64,000 nt of DNA from Candidatus Eiseniibacteriota bacterium (GCA_963776245.1 CAVZLN010000009.1:96001-160000), one strand, 5' to 3'; positions 28,321 through 39,774 are shown, counted from the stretch's first letter. Made by a program: numbers and translations. Notes: generated from the sequence alone by a model not told the origin.

Positions 28321-28349
28321 TTGACGCTGCCCGGTGCCCGTGGCACCGT
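28321..28349 (+). promoter_or_regulatory. Putative sigma-70 promoter of T-box/ileS
   Basis: TTGACG-N17-CACCGT with TGn, directly before the T-box leader. Confidence 0.55.
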
Positions 28350-28368
28350 GCCGCTTCGTCTTCACCAA

Positions 28369-28640
28369 GGCTGTGACGGGGACGAGTAGACGCGCGGAGC
28401 GCAGGAGCGAGCCGGGGACGGTGAGAGCCCGGCGCCGACCCGCGCGTCGAAGATCACCCCCGAGCCGCCGACCGAACCGGCGCATCGCGCCGCACTAGGC
28501 TCGGACGGATGGCCCTCCGACACAGGGCGTGAGCGGGCGGGGGCCCGTTCCATGAGGCGCACGCCGCGAGGCATGCGCGAAACCGGGTGGTACCGCGACT
28601 CGCTCGCCCCGGCGCCGATGCGCCGGGGCGTCCTGCTTCC
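28369..28640 (+). promoter_or_regulatory. T-box riboswitch, Ile (AUC) specifier
   Basis: K-turn GA motif, AGTA 28385-88, AGCGAG and GGTGAGA apical motifs, GAAG-ATC specifier 28453-55, antiterminator CCGGG-TGGTACC-GCGA..TCGC-CCCGG, competing hairpin 28605-28630. Confidence 0.93.
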
Positions 28641-28666
28641 CGGCCGGAAGGACGTGGGGCCCGATC

Positions 28667-31474
28667 ATGGCTGGATACCGCGACACCTTGAACCTGCCGA
28701 AGACCGACTTCCCGATGAAGGGCGACCTGGTCCGCCGGGAACCCGAGCGCCTGGCGTGGTGGAAGGAGCGGGAGTTCTACGCCGCGCTGCGCCGGCGTCG
28801 CGCGGGCGCCCCGGTCTACCTGCTGCACGACGGCCCGCCCTACTCCAACGGCCACCTCCACATGGGCACCGCCGCCAACAAGATCTGGAAGGACGCCGCG
28901 GTGCGCCAGGCGAGCCTGATGGGCTTCGATTCGCCCTACGTGCCGGGCTGGGACAACCACGGCATGCCGATCGAGGTACAGGTCAGCAAGGAGTTCCGCC
29001 AGCAGGGCGCGCAACCCGACGCGCTGGCGCTGCGCCGTCGCTGCCGCGAGTACGCGCAGGAATGGGTGGGCGTGCAGCGCGCGGAGTTCGAGCGCCTCGG
29101 CGTCTGGGGCGACTGGGACGATCCGTACCTCACCATGGCGCCGCGCTTCGAGGCCGAGATCCTCCGCACCTTCGCCCGGCTCGCCGAGCGCGGCTTCGTG
29201 CAGCGCGGCCAGCGTTCCATCCACTGGTGCCCGACGGACCGCACGGCGCTCGCGGTCGCCGAGATCGAGTACCAGGACGATCCCTCGCCCTCGATCCACG
29301 TGTCCTTCCCGCTGCGCCGCGACCCCCGCGGCGCGCTCGCGGCGTACGGCCCGGTGGCCGCGCTGGCCTGGACCACGACCCCGTGGACCCTGCCGGCCAA
29401 CCTCGGGCTGATGGTGGACCCCTCCGCGGACTACGCGGTGATCGAGGCCGGCGGCGCGCGCCATCTGCTGGCCGGCGCGCGGGTCGCGGCGGTGGCGAAG
29501 GCCCTGGGCTGGAGCGCCCCCGTGGTGCTCGGGACGGTCCGCGGCGCGGCGCTCGTGGACGCGGTGTTCGAGGGCCCGTGGGGCAACGATTCGCGCGTGG
29601 TGGACGGCACGCCCTACGTGAGCATGGAGGACGGCACCGGCCTGGTGCACACCGCGCCCGGTCACGGCCAGGAGGACTTCGTGGTCGGCCAGCGCGCCGG
29701 GCTCGGGATCGCCTGTCCGGTGGACGAGGCCGGCCGCTTCACGGCCGGCGCCGAGCCGTTCGTGGGACGCAGCGTGCTCGACGTCAACCCCGACATCATC
29801 GCCTGGCTGCGCGAGCGCGGGCGGCTGCTGGGGGCGTCCACCTTCTCCCACTCCTATCCCCACTGCTGGCGCTGCCACCAGCCGGTGATCTTCCGGGCCA
29901 CCTGGCAGTGGTTCATGATCATCGACCACGACGGTCACCGCGAGCGCGCGCTGGACGCCATCGAGCGCGAGGTGCGCTGGGACCCCGAGTCGAGCCAGAA
30001 CCGCATCCGCGAGTCGGTGCGCGGACGCCCCGACTGGTGCCTGTCGCGCCAGCGCACGTGGGGGGTGGGGATCCCGGCCGTGTACTGCACGGCGTGCGAG
30101 ACCGCCCGCCTCGACGCCGGGGTGATGGCGCGCGCCGCCGAACTCACCGCGGAGGAGGGCTCGGACGCGTGGTACGAACACCCGGTCGAGCGGTTCCTCC
30201 CCGAGGGCTTCCGCTGCGCGTCGTGCGGCGCCTCCGGACCGTTCCGCAAGGAGACCGACATCCTCGACGTGTGGTTCGACTCCGGTTCCACCCATCGCGC
30301 GGTGCAGGTCACCCACCCCGCGCTGAAGGCGGCGTGGGACCGGGCGCTCGGCGGCGCCGGCCGGGTGCTCTACTTCGAGGGCCCCGACCAGCACCGCGGG
30401 TGGTTCAACTCCTCGCTCATGGTGGCGGTCGGAGCGACCGGCCACGCTCCCTACACCGACGTCGCGACCCATGGCTGGGTGCTCGACGGGCAGGGCCGGG
30501 CGATGCACAAGTCGCTCGGGAACGTGATCGCGCCCGCGGACATCGTGAAGCGCCACGGCGCGGAGATCGTGCGCTGGTGGGCGCTCGCCACCGACTGGCG
30601 GAACGACGTGCGCGTGAGCGACGAGACCCTGCAGCGCGTCGCGGAGGCGTACCGCAAGGTGCGCAACACCTTCCGGTTCCTGCTCGGCAACCTCAGCGAC
30701 TTCGGCCCGGCCGACCGCCTGCCCGACGCGCGCCTGACCCCGGTGGATCGCGCGTTCATCCGCCATCTGCGCGCGCGCATCGAGCGCATGCGCGAGTCCT
30801 ACGAGGGGCTCCAGTTCCACCGCGCGCTCGACGCGCTGCTCGACCTGTGCACCGTGGACCTGTCCTCCGTGTTCCTCGATTTCTCGAAGGACCGGCTCTA
30901 CACCCTGGCCCCCGGCGACCCGGCCCGGCGCTCCGCGCAGACCGTGCTGTGGGAGGCGCTGCGCGGGCTCGCCATCGCCGCTTCGCCCGCGCTCGTGTTC
31001 ACCGCCGAGGAGGTGTGGCAGCACCACCCGGGACTCACCGCCGAGCAGCCCAGCGTGCATCTCGCGGACTGGCCGCGGGCGGATGCGGGCGGGCGCGGCG
31101 AGGAGGAATGGGCGCTGCTGCAGGGGGTGCGCGACGCCGTCAATGCGGCGATCGAGCCGCTGCGTGCGGACAAGTCGATGAGCGAGACCCGGGAGGCCGA
31201 GGTGGTGATCCATGCGCCGGCCGAGACGATCGCGCGGCTGAGCCCCTACCGCGACGACCTCCTGGACCTGCTCATCGTCGCCTCGGTGTCCCTCGTCGCG
31301 GGCCCCGCGGGGGCGGCCGGGCCCTACGCCGTCTCGGTGTCCCGCACCACGCTCGCGAAGTGCGACCGGTGCTGGAACCACCGCGCCGACGTGGCGGCCG
31401 GGGGCGCCGCGAGTGGACTGTGCGGACGCTGTGCGGGGGTGCTCGCGGAGACCGGTCGCACCCCAGCCACGTGA
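28667..31474 (+). CDS. ileS: Isoleucine--tRNA ligase (type 1)
   Basis: TLNLPKTDFPM, HDGPPY, PGWDNHGMPIE, WTTTPWTLPAN, DWCLSRQR, C-terminal CDRC..CGRC Zn finger. Confidence 0.98.
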   Translation: MAGYRDTLNLPKTDFPMKGDLVRREPERLAWWKEREFYAALRRRRAGAPVYLLHDGPPYSNGHLHMGTAANKIWKDAAVRQASLMGFDSPYVPGWDNHGMPIEVQVSKEFRQQGAQPDALALRRRCREYAQEWVGVQRAEFERLGVWGDWDDPYLTMAPRFEAEILRTFARLAERGFVQRGQRSIHWCPTDRTALAVAEIEYQDDPSPSIHVSFPLRRDPRGALAAYGPVAALAWTTTPWTLPANLGLMVDPSADYAVIEAGGARHLLAGARVAAVAKALGWSAPVVLGTVRGAALVDAVFEGPWGNDSRVVDGTPYVSMEDGTGLVHTAPGHGQEDFVVGQRAGLGIACPVDEAGRFTAGAEPFVGRSVLDVNPDIIAWLRERGRLLGASTFSHSYPHCWRCHQPVIFRATWQWFMIIDHDGHRERALDAIEREVRWDPESSQNRIRESVRGRPDWCLSRQRTWGVGIPAVYCTACETARLDAGVMARAAELTAEEGSDAWYEHPVERFLPEGFRCASCGASGPFRKETDILDVWFDSGSTHRAVQVTHPALKAAWDRALGGAGRVLYFEGPDQHRGWFNSSLMVAVGATGHAPYTDVATHGWVLDGQGRAMHKSLGNVIAPADIVKRHGAEIVRWWALATDWRNDVRVSDETLQRVAEAYRKVRNTFRFLLGNLSDFGPADRLPDARLTPVDRAFIRHLRARIERMRESYEGLQFHRALDALLDLCTVDLSSVFLDFSKDRLYTLAPGDPARRSAQTVLWEALRGLAIAASPALVFTAEEVWQHHPGLTAEQPSVHLADWPRADAGGRGEEEWALLQGVRDAVNAAIEPLRADKSMSETREAEVVIHAPAETIARLSPYRDDLLDLLIVASVSLVAGPAGAAGPYAVSVSRTTLAKCDRCWNHRADVAAGGAASGLCGRCAGVLAETGRTPAT

Positions 31475-31526
31475 TCCGCGACCGCCGCCGGCTCGGGGGC
31501 GCCGCGACCTCTGGTCCCGGAGCGGC

Positions 31527-32180
31527 TCACGGAGCGCCGGGCAGTTCCAGCTCCGCCTGGCGCGGGTAGCGGCGCTTGAGGTCGAGCACCAGCTGGCGGA
31601 ACGCCGGGGTCTCCCCCTGCAGCGGCACCGCGTCGGTGTCGATCTCGAGCACCTCCATCTCGGCCCGCGCGCGCCGCATCCAGTCGTCGTAGGCACGGTT
31701 GAGACGCGCGATGTAGTCCATGCCGATGCCCTGCTCGCTCGGCCGTCCGCGCCGCGCGATGCGATTCATGAGCGTCTCGGGGCTCGCCCGCAGGTAGAGG
31801 ATCACGTCGGGCTTGCGCAGGTAGCTCGTCAGCACCCCGAACAGCGCGGCGTAGTTGTCGTGATCCACGTCCGTCATCGAGCCCTGCTCGTGCAGGGTGC
31901 GGGCGAAGATCTCGGCGTCCTCGTAGATGGTCCGGTCCTGGATGAACGGCACCGGGCTCTTGCAGATCTCGACCTGGGCCTTGAAGCGCTCGCTGAGGAA
32001 GTAGATCTGGAGATGGAAGCTCCAGCGCGCCATATCGGCGTAGAACATGTCGAGGTAGGGATTCTGGATCACCGGCTCGTAGTACGCTTCCCATCCGAGC
32101 TCGTCGCTCAGGCGGGTGGTGAGCTCGGTCTTGCCCACGCCGATGTTGCCGGCGATCGCGAGGAAGTAACCCTGACTCAA
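31527..32180 (-). CDS. Deoxynucleoside kinase
   Basis: AGNIGVGKT, QIYFL, DRTIYED, RGRPSEQ; TTG start with GAGGG RBS. Confidence 0.92.
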   Translation of the reverse strand: MSQGYFLAIAGNIGVGKTELTTRLSDELGWEAYYEPVIQNPYLDMFYADMARWSFHLQIYFLSERFKAQVEICKSPVPFIQDRTIYEDAEIFARTLHEQGSMTDVDHDNYAALFGVLTSYLRKPDVILYLRASPETLMNRIARRGRPSEQGIGMDYIARLNRAYDDWMRRARAEMEVLEIDTDAVPLQGETPAFRQLVLDLKRRYPRQAELELPGAP

Positions 32181-32302
32181 GCGAGATCCCTCTCGGTCAT
32201 CGAGACGAGCGTGACGTGGACGCTCCGCGCGCGACACGGTCCAGCCCGCACCCTAGCATCTTCGCCACGCGCGTGGCGGGAAAATGTCCGGGCCCGCGCG
32301 GG

Positions 32303-33721
<1,419 letters not shown>

Positions 33722-33723
33722 GC

Positions 33724-35898
33724 TCAGGCTCCCGGTTGCGGGGCCGCCACCGACAAGGCGACCGGCAGGGCGACCGTGAAAATGGTGCCCTCCCCGACCC
33801 GGCTGGTGACCGCGATGGTGCCGCCATGCGCCTCGACGATGCTCCGGCATTGCGTGAGGCCCACGCCGAGCCCGGCGGTCTTGGTGGTGCCGAACGGACG
33901 GAACAGCGTCGTGCGGATGAATTCCTCCGACATGCCGCGCCCGCTGTCGCTGACCTCGAGCACGAACCGGGCCGCCGCGTCCGCGCCACCCGCGACGCCG
34001 CCGGCCACGCGGATGTCGCCCGGCCCGGCGAGCGCCTCGCGCGCATTGGTCAGCAGGTTCACGAGCAGCCGCAGCACCAGCCGCCGGTCGAGCACGATCG
34101 GGCCAAGGTCGTGGCAATCCACGCTCACGCGCACGCCGTCGGCGGCGCCATCGGTGAGCCCGGAGGCCGCCAGCGCTTCGTCCACGAGCGCGCGCAGGTC
34201 GATCGGTTCGGGCCGCACGTCGGGCGCGCGGCCGAGCGCCGACACCTGGGCCATCAGGTCGCGCAGGCTCCCGACCGTCCGCTCCACCACCCCGAGCGCA
34301 TCGCGCTGGAACTCCGGGTTGCCGAGGTGGCGGCGCGCGTTCTCGACCACGAGGGAGAGCCCGGAGACCTGGTTCTTGATGTCGTGGAGCACGAACGAGG
34401 CGAGCCGGTTCAGCGACTCGAGCTGGCGCGTCTCGGCGAGGGTCTCGGCCTGGCGCGCGAACCACAGCGCGCCGGCGAGCTGGCGCGCCATCGCGCCGAG
34501 GAACTCCGTGTCCTCCTGCGTGTAGTCCTCATCGGTGCGCTTCTGGGAGACCCACAGCAGCCCCACGACCTGGTCCCCGACCGCGAGCGGAGCCACCGCC
34601 GCGGCGTCCAGCGCGTCCACCGAGTCCCGATGCGCCACCATCATGCCCACCAGGTCGAGGTCCTGCGCCAGGTCGCCGAACAGCAGCGGCTGGCGCTGCG
34701 AGGCGAGGTGCTGGACCAGCGGGTCGTCGGGTTCGACGACGAGCGCCACTCCCGACGGGCCGTGCAGCCGCCGCAACGGCGCGGTGGCGCCCGAACCGCC
34801 GGCACGGTCGTCGCGCAGGTGGATCGCGATGCGCTCGGCCTCGAACACCGAGCACACCAGCGTCTCGATCTGCCGGCACACGTCCTCGGGCCGCGCGGTC
34901 GGCGTGATCGCCGCGCTCACCCGCTCCCACTCGCGGCGGTAGTCGTAGCGGTTGGCGTAGAAGTTCCGGTCGATGAAGCGCCGCACCGCGCGATTGGAGC
35001 GCGGGCTCGCCAGCAGCACCAGGCCGCCGCCTCCGGCGATCACGTAGAACGCCAGCCCCGCGATGTGCTTCCACTCGGGGGTGAGCACCGGCAGCACCCG
35101 TGACAGGACCGCCATGGTGAGCAGGAACAGCCCGGCGAGCGTGAGCGAGACGGACGAGTAGTAGATGACGGGCCGCGCCACCGGCATGCTCATGTCCGAG
35201 AGCCGCTGGCGGGCGAGCGAGAACGAGATCACCACGCCCGAGAGGAACACCGGCGCCGCGCACGCCGCCAGCCAGCGCACCCGCAGCCCCGAGTAGAGCA
35301 GCCCGCCCGAGATCACCAGCAGGTAGCCCAGCACCGCGACCAGGAACGCCACGTACATCGACCGCAGCCGCCGCTGTCCGGTGGCGGGCGCGGTGCGCAG
35401 CATGCGTTCGAGGTTCATGAGCACCGCCACCATCACCACCACCAGGTAGGTGAGGTAGACCTTGCCGAGCGCGCCGAGCACCACCACCGCCTCGCCGCCC
35501 TGCCCCTGCACCGACTCCACGACGTACGGGGTGTTGGCCGCGAACGCCATGCCGATGCACCCGACCAGCGCCAGCGCCAGATAGGCGCCGGCGTCGCGGA
35601 TCTGGGACCACGGGTCGGACCGCGCGAGCACCACGCTCAGGATGAGCCACAGCCACGACGCCAGCGCCGAGACGAACGCGAGGTAGGAGGCCCATGGCCG
35701 TGCCGCCTCCTCGCTGCCCGCGCGCAGGATGCCGAGCGTGCCGGCCTGGAACGCCGCCATGCTCAGGAAGGCGGAGGCGAACACCAGCGTGGTGAGCCAG
35801 TGCCCCCGTCTCAACAGCGCGAGCAGGCCGATGACCGCCGCGAGCAGCGCGCTCGCGGTGACGGTGGCAGCCTGGATCGGCGAATCCAACAGGTTCAT
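33724..35898 (-). CDS. prsK: PEP-CTERM system histidine kinase PrsK-like
   Basis: Multi-TM N-terminus, NLERMLR, RNFYANRYDYRREW, GAF, HDIKN..ENARRHLGNPEF, FRPFGTTK..GLGVG. Confidence 0.88.
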   Translation of the reverse strand: MNLLDSPIQAATVTASALLAAVIGLLALLRRGHWLTTLVFASAFLSMAAFQAGTLGILRAGSEEAARPWASYLAFVSALASWLWLILSVVLARSDPWSQIRDAGAYLALALVGCIGMAFAANTPYVVESVQGQGGEAVVVLGALGKVYLTYLVVVMVAVLMNLERMLRTAPATGQRRLRSMYVAFLVAVLGYLLVISGGLLYSGLRVRWLAACAAPVFLSGVVISFSLARQRLSDMSMPVARPVIYYSSVSLTLAGLFLLTMAVLSRVLPVLTPEWKHIAGLAFYVIAGGGGLVLLASPRSNRAVRRFIDRNFYANRYDYRREWERVSAAITPTARPEDVCRQIETLVCSVFEAERIAIHLRDDRAGGSGATAPLRRLHGPSGVALVVEPDDPLVQHLASQRQPLLFGDLAQDLDLVGMMVAHRDSVDALDAAAVAPLAVGDQVVGLLWVSQKRTDEDYTQEDTEFLGAMARQLAGALWFARQAETLAETRQLESLNRLASFVLHDIKNQVSGLSLVVENARRHLGNPEFQRDALGVVERTVGSLRDLMAQVSALGRAPDVRPEPIDLRALVDEALAASGLTDGAADGVRVSVDCHDLGPIVLDRRLVLRLLVNLLTNAREALAGPGDIRVAGGVAGGADAAARFVLEVSDSGRGMSEEFIRTTLFRPFGTTKTAGLGVGLTQCRSIVEAHGGTIAVTSRVGEGTIFTVALPVALSVAAPQPGA

Positions 35899-37418
35899 GG
35901 TCTCCCGTCTCCGGCCCGGCTTCGGAGCCGCTCCCACTCGGCCATCGCCGCCCGCCGCGCCGCCGCGGATCCGCCGCGCGCGGCGATGTCGCGGTACAGC
36001 GATTCGGCCGCGGCCCGTCCGCCAGCCCGCGCCAGCGCGCGCCGGGCGGCCGCGAGCCCCGCGTCGGCCGCCTCCGGGCGGCCCGGATCGGCGCGCCACA
36101 CCTCGGTCAGCGCGCGCTCGGCCCCCGCGTCCCCGAGCCGTTCGAGGATCGCGGACCGCGTGAGTCGTGCGGCGAAGGATACATCGGCATCATGTTGCGT
36201 GGCGATGAGGCGATCCAGCGTCTCGAGCGCGCGCGCGCCTTCGAGGCTCGCCAGCGCGGTCTCGCCGCGGCCGACGTGGTGCTCCACGATCCGCACCAGG
36301 GCCGCGAGCGCGAGCGGATGGGTGGGATCCGACGCCGCCAGCGCGCGGTACTCGCTGCGGGCCTGTTCCCAGCGGCCGAGTCGTTCGAGCATGCCCGCGC
36401 GCCGCGAACGCGCCTGCGCGGCGAGTTCCGGATCGCCGCGGTAGTCGTCGAGCACCACGCCCCATGCGGCGAGCGCCGAGTCGGCGTCCGGGTGGGCCTC
36501 CCACGCGAGCGCGCGCAGGCGCAGACCGTCGGCGCGGACCGCCCCCCCGAACCCGTCCCGCGCCCACGTGGCATACGCCCGGGCGCTGTCCGGGAGCCCC
36601 AGGTCGAGCGCGCGCTGGGCCAGCAGGAGCACGGTGCGCGGGGCGCGGTCCGCCGATCCCGGCAGCGACAGCACGCGCCGCAGCGCGGCGAGCGCGCCCG
36701 GCGCGTCCCCGAGCGAGGCGCGGATCTCTCCCAGGCGCGTCCAGAGCTCCGCGGCGGTCCGCGGGTCCCGCGAGCGCGACAGCGCGCGGGCGTAACGCCG
36801 GGACGCGAACGCCAGGATCGAGTCCGCGGCGCGCTCCTCGCCCAGGTCGGCGTACGCGCGCGCCGCGAGCAGCGGGGCGTCGAGCGCCTCGGCGCGGACC
36901 GCGTCGCCGGACAGGAACGGGTCGAACTCGGCGACCCGCGCCCACGCCCCGGCCGCCGCACGCTCGCGCCCCAGCCCCGCCAGCACGTGCGCGCGGGCCA
37001 CGCACGCTTCGAACGCGACCGGATCGAACCCGCTCCAGGCGCGCGCCGCCTCGTCGTAGACCGCGAGCGCGTCCTCCGGACGACCGCGCAGCTCCGCGAT
37101 CGCGCCCGCCGCGACCGCGGCCCGCCCGACCGTGAGCGCCACCTCGCGGGCCGCCGTCGAGCGCTCGGCACGCGCGGTCCAGACGGCCGCGGGCCAGCGC
37201 GCCGCGAGGCCACGGTACGCGCGCTCGGCGCCCCGCCACTGCCCCGCGCTCGCCAGCGACGGCTCGAGCCGGATGCGCTCCACCCGCCGCGCGGCGCTCC
37301 ACGCCGCGCGCTCGGCCTGCCAGCGCTCCCAGCGGTCATCCGTCCCGCAGCCCGCCAGCAGCGCGAGCGCCGCCAGCGCCGGGAGCAGTCGCGCGCCGCG
37401 CCCGATCCATGCCCTCAT
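35895..37418 (-). CDS. TPR-repeat lipoprotein (possible PrsT analogue)
   Basis: Lipobox LAGC; Ala-rich TPR-like helices; coupled to prsK. Confidence 0.7.
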   Translation of the reverse strand: MRAWIGRGARLLPALAALALLAGCGTDDRWERWQAERAAWSAARRVERIRLEPSLASAGQWRGAERAYRGLAARWPAAVWTARAERSTAAREVALTVGRAAVAAGAIAELRGRPEDALAVYDEAARAWSGFDPVAFEACVARAHVLAGLGRERAAAGAWARVAEFDPFLSGDAVRAEALDAPLLAARAYADLGEERAADSILAFASRRYARALSRSRDPRTAAELWTRLGEIRASLGDAPGALAALRRVLSLPGSADRAPRTVLLLAQRALDLGLPDSARAYATWARDGFGGAVRADGLRLRALAWEAHPDADSALAAWGVVLDDYRGDPELAAQARSRRAGMLERLGRWEQARSEYRALAASDPTHPLALAALVRIVEHHVGRGETALASLEGARALETLDRLIATQHDADVSFAARLTRSAILERLGDAGAERALTEVWRADPGRPEAADAGLAAARRALARAGGRAAAESLYRDIAARGGSAAARRAAMAEWERLRSRAGDGRP

Positions 37419-38245
37419 CCGCGATCCTCCACCACCGCGAGGAACCCGAGCGTCGCGGCCCCCGAAAGCAGCACCGAGGCCACCAGCGACAGGGCGATCC
37501 GCGCCCCGAGCAGCGCCGCGACCAGTTCGGGCGTGCCGCGCTCGACGATGGCCCCCGGGGCGTTCGCGAACGCCTGGACCACGGCGACCGGTGCCAGCGT
37601 GACGAGGCAGGGCACCACTCCCGCCACCAGGCCGCGCGCCCAGGCGCGCGGGAGCGCGGCGAGCGCGCCCGGCCCCCCGCGCCCTCCGATCATCACCAGC
37701 GCCGGGAGGTAGAACCCGAGCAGCACCACCACCCCGGGCGCCACGGCGAACACCGGCAGCGCGGTCGTGGACCCGATCCCGTGGCTCGAGCTGAAGAGCG
37801 GCGCGATCCACCCCAGCCCGGCGATCACCGCGTGCGCGGGCAGCAGCGCGATCGCCAGCGCCGGCCAGCGCCGCAGCGCCGCGCCGAACGACGCCCCCGC
37901 GCTCACCGGCGCGCCGCGGAAGCGCGCCGCGAACGCATGCGAGGCCGCGCCCATCGCGAGCGAGCCCACCAGCCACGCGAGCACGGCGTCCACCGGCCCG
38001 AACAGGCTGGGGAGGAGGCGGAACCCGTCGGGGTAGTGCAGCGCGCGCTCGCCCATCACGCGCTCGGCCAGCGGCGCGACCGCCCACGACAGGGCGGGAT
38101 GCGCGGGCAGGGCGAGGGCCAGCAGGACCAGCGCCTCGAGCGCGCCGAGGAGCGCGAACGCGGCCCACGGCCCGGCGCGCAGCAGCTCGCGCGCGGCACG
38201 GCCGAGCGCCTGCCCGCCCAGCGCCAGCTGCTCCTGCGGACTCAT
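37415..38245 (-). CDS. Uncharacterised multi-pass membrane protein
   Basis: About 6 hydrophobic segments, LHYP motif; ATGA overlaps at both ends. Confidence 0.7.
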   Translation of the reverse strand: MSPQEQLALGGQALGRAARELLRAGPWAAFALLGALEALVLLALALPAHPALSWAVAPLAERVMGERALHYPDGFRLLPSLFGPVDAVLAWLVGSLAMGAASHAFAARFRGAPVSAGASFGAALRRWPALAIALLPAHAVIAGLGWIAPLFSSSHGIGSTTALPVFAVAPGVVVLLGFYLPALVMIGGRGGPGALAALPRAWARGLVAGVVPCLVTLAPVAVVQAFANAPGAIVERGTPELVAALLGARIALSLVASVLLSGAATLGFLAVVEDRG

Positions 38246-38886
38246 CGCGCCGTCGACCCGGAGGCGCCGCGCGCGAGCAGCGCCGGCAGCGCGCGCGCCA
38301 CGAGTCCGCCGAATCCCTGCAACCGCTCCCCGGCCGCGGCCATGCCGTCCCCCTCGACCAGCGTCTCGACCCGCACGAACACGCCCCACGAACGGTTCTC
38401 GAGCATCCCGGTGAGCGCCATGCGCTGACGGAACTCTCCCGCGTCGGCGGTGGTGAGCCCGGCCGTGGTCCACCAGTAGTACACCAGCCGCTGGTCGTGC
38501 GGCCGGTCGGCCACGAAGCGATTCGCCTCGATGCCCGCGGCGCTGCCGTCGTCCACGTGCACGCGCGCGCGCTCCATCAGGGTATACCCCTGGGACGCGT
38601 AGCACAGCTCGGGGTCGTGGGAGCCATAGCGGCGGTTCTGGTGGTAGATGAGCAACAGCCACACCGGATGGGCGTCGCGCTCGTAGCGCCGGATGAGCAG
38701 GTCGTCGGCCTTGAGCTCGTCGAGCACCGCGTCCTCGAACGACAGCTCGGTGCCGTTCCACTCGCCGAACCGCGTCGGACAGGCGCGCAGCACCTCGCCC
38801 CCCAGCGCCAGATCGGCCGGCGGGTGAAGCGCCACGTAGCTGGCGGTGAGGCCCAGCAGCGCGGCCACGGCCAGGAATCGCCTCAC
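38242..38886 (-). CDS. epsI: Exosortase-associated EpsI family protein
   Basis: PTRFGEWNG, HDPELCYASQGY, VYYWW, FVRV; directly after exosortase. Confidence 0.88.
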   Translation of the reverse strand: MRRFLAVAALLGLTASYVALHPPADLALGGEVLRACPTRFGEWNGTELSFEDAVLDELKADDLLIRRYERDAHPVWLLLIYHQNRRYGSHDPELCYASQGYTLMERARVHVDDGSAAGIEANRFVADRPHDQRLVYYWWTTAGLTTADAGEFRQRMALTGMLENRSWGVFVRVETLVEGDGMAAAGERLQGFGGLVARALPALLARGASGSTAR

Positions 38887-39755
38887 GCGCCCGCCCCGGC
38901 CGCGCGGCGCGGCGTGAGCAGCGCGCGCACCCCGAGCAGCGCGGTGAGCGCCACGGCGTAGATGAGATAGCCCGAGGCGTCGTGGAGCCTGCCGGTGGCC
39001 TGCTTCAGGTCCCCGTAGTGGGCCACCAGCAGGAGCAGGGTGATGCGCGCGGCGTTCCCGATCACCGCGATCGGGATCGCGGCGAGCGCGACGAGCATCT
39101 TGCGCCACCACCCACCGGGCTGCAGGTAGCCGAACACCGCTCCGGTCGCCAGCAGCGCCAGCAGCGAACGCAGACCGCTGCACGGGTTCTCGATCCCGAG
39201 CACGCCGGTGGTGAGCACCAGCGACATGCCATCGCGCTGGAGCAACACGCCGCACGCCCCGGCGGCGCGGGCCGAGAGGGCGACCGTGACCTCCTTGAGC
39301 GAGTACGAGAGCGTGTTCATCACCACCGGGGGGAAGGTGAGCATGAAGCCGAGGTAGCCGAGCGGGAACGCGAGCCGGCGGGTGACGGCGACCCCGAGGA
39401 AGGTGATCGAGGCGCCGAAGGCGAGCGCCAGCATCGACCAGCCCTGGAGCGCGAACACGTCGGCGCGCACCCCCGCCACCTGCATCAGGCAGCCGAACGC
39501 CACCAGCGCGAGCCCGCGCGCGTCCGGGCGCACCGGGGTGGCGCGCAGCGCCGCGCGGTCGAGCCACACCAGCCCGCACGACACCAGCGGGACCAGCGGG
39601 CCGTGCGAGTAGTTGTCGTTGGTGGTCCAGGTGGACCACAGCGATCCGAGGGTGCGGTGGTACGCCGCCCCCGCCAGGGCCGCGAGCGCGGCCGCCTGCG
39701 CGGCCACGATATAACGGGAGCGCCGGGCGGCCGGGGGCGCGAGGGTGGCACTCAT
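38883..39755 (-). CDS. Exosortase (EpsH family)
   Basis: YSHGPLVP, PCSGLRSL (catalytic Cys), NAARI (Arg), LHDASG (His); multi-TM. Confidence 0.93.
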   Translation of the reverse strand: MSATLAPPAARRSRYIVAAQAAALAALAGAAYHRTLGSLWSTWTTNDNYSHGPLVPLVSCGLVWLDRAALRATPVRPDARGLALVAFGCLMQVAGVRADVFALQGWSMLALAFGASITFLGVAVTRRLAFPLGYLGFMLTFPPVVMNTLSYSLKEVTVALSARAAGACGVLLQRDGMSLVLTTGVLGIENPCSGLRSLLALLATGAVFGYLQPGGWWRKMLVALAAIPIAVIGNAARITLLLLVAHYGDLKQATGRLHDASGYLIYAVALTALLGVRALLTPRRAAGAGA

Positions 39756-39774
39756 GGGATGCGGACCGTCCTGG

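Noticed and set aside
32263..32278. Perfect palindrome CGCCACGCGCGTGGCG between prsR and the deoxynucleoside kinase gene
   Set aside because: Almost pure GC, single occurrence; cannot distinguish operator, terminator or chance
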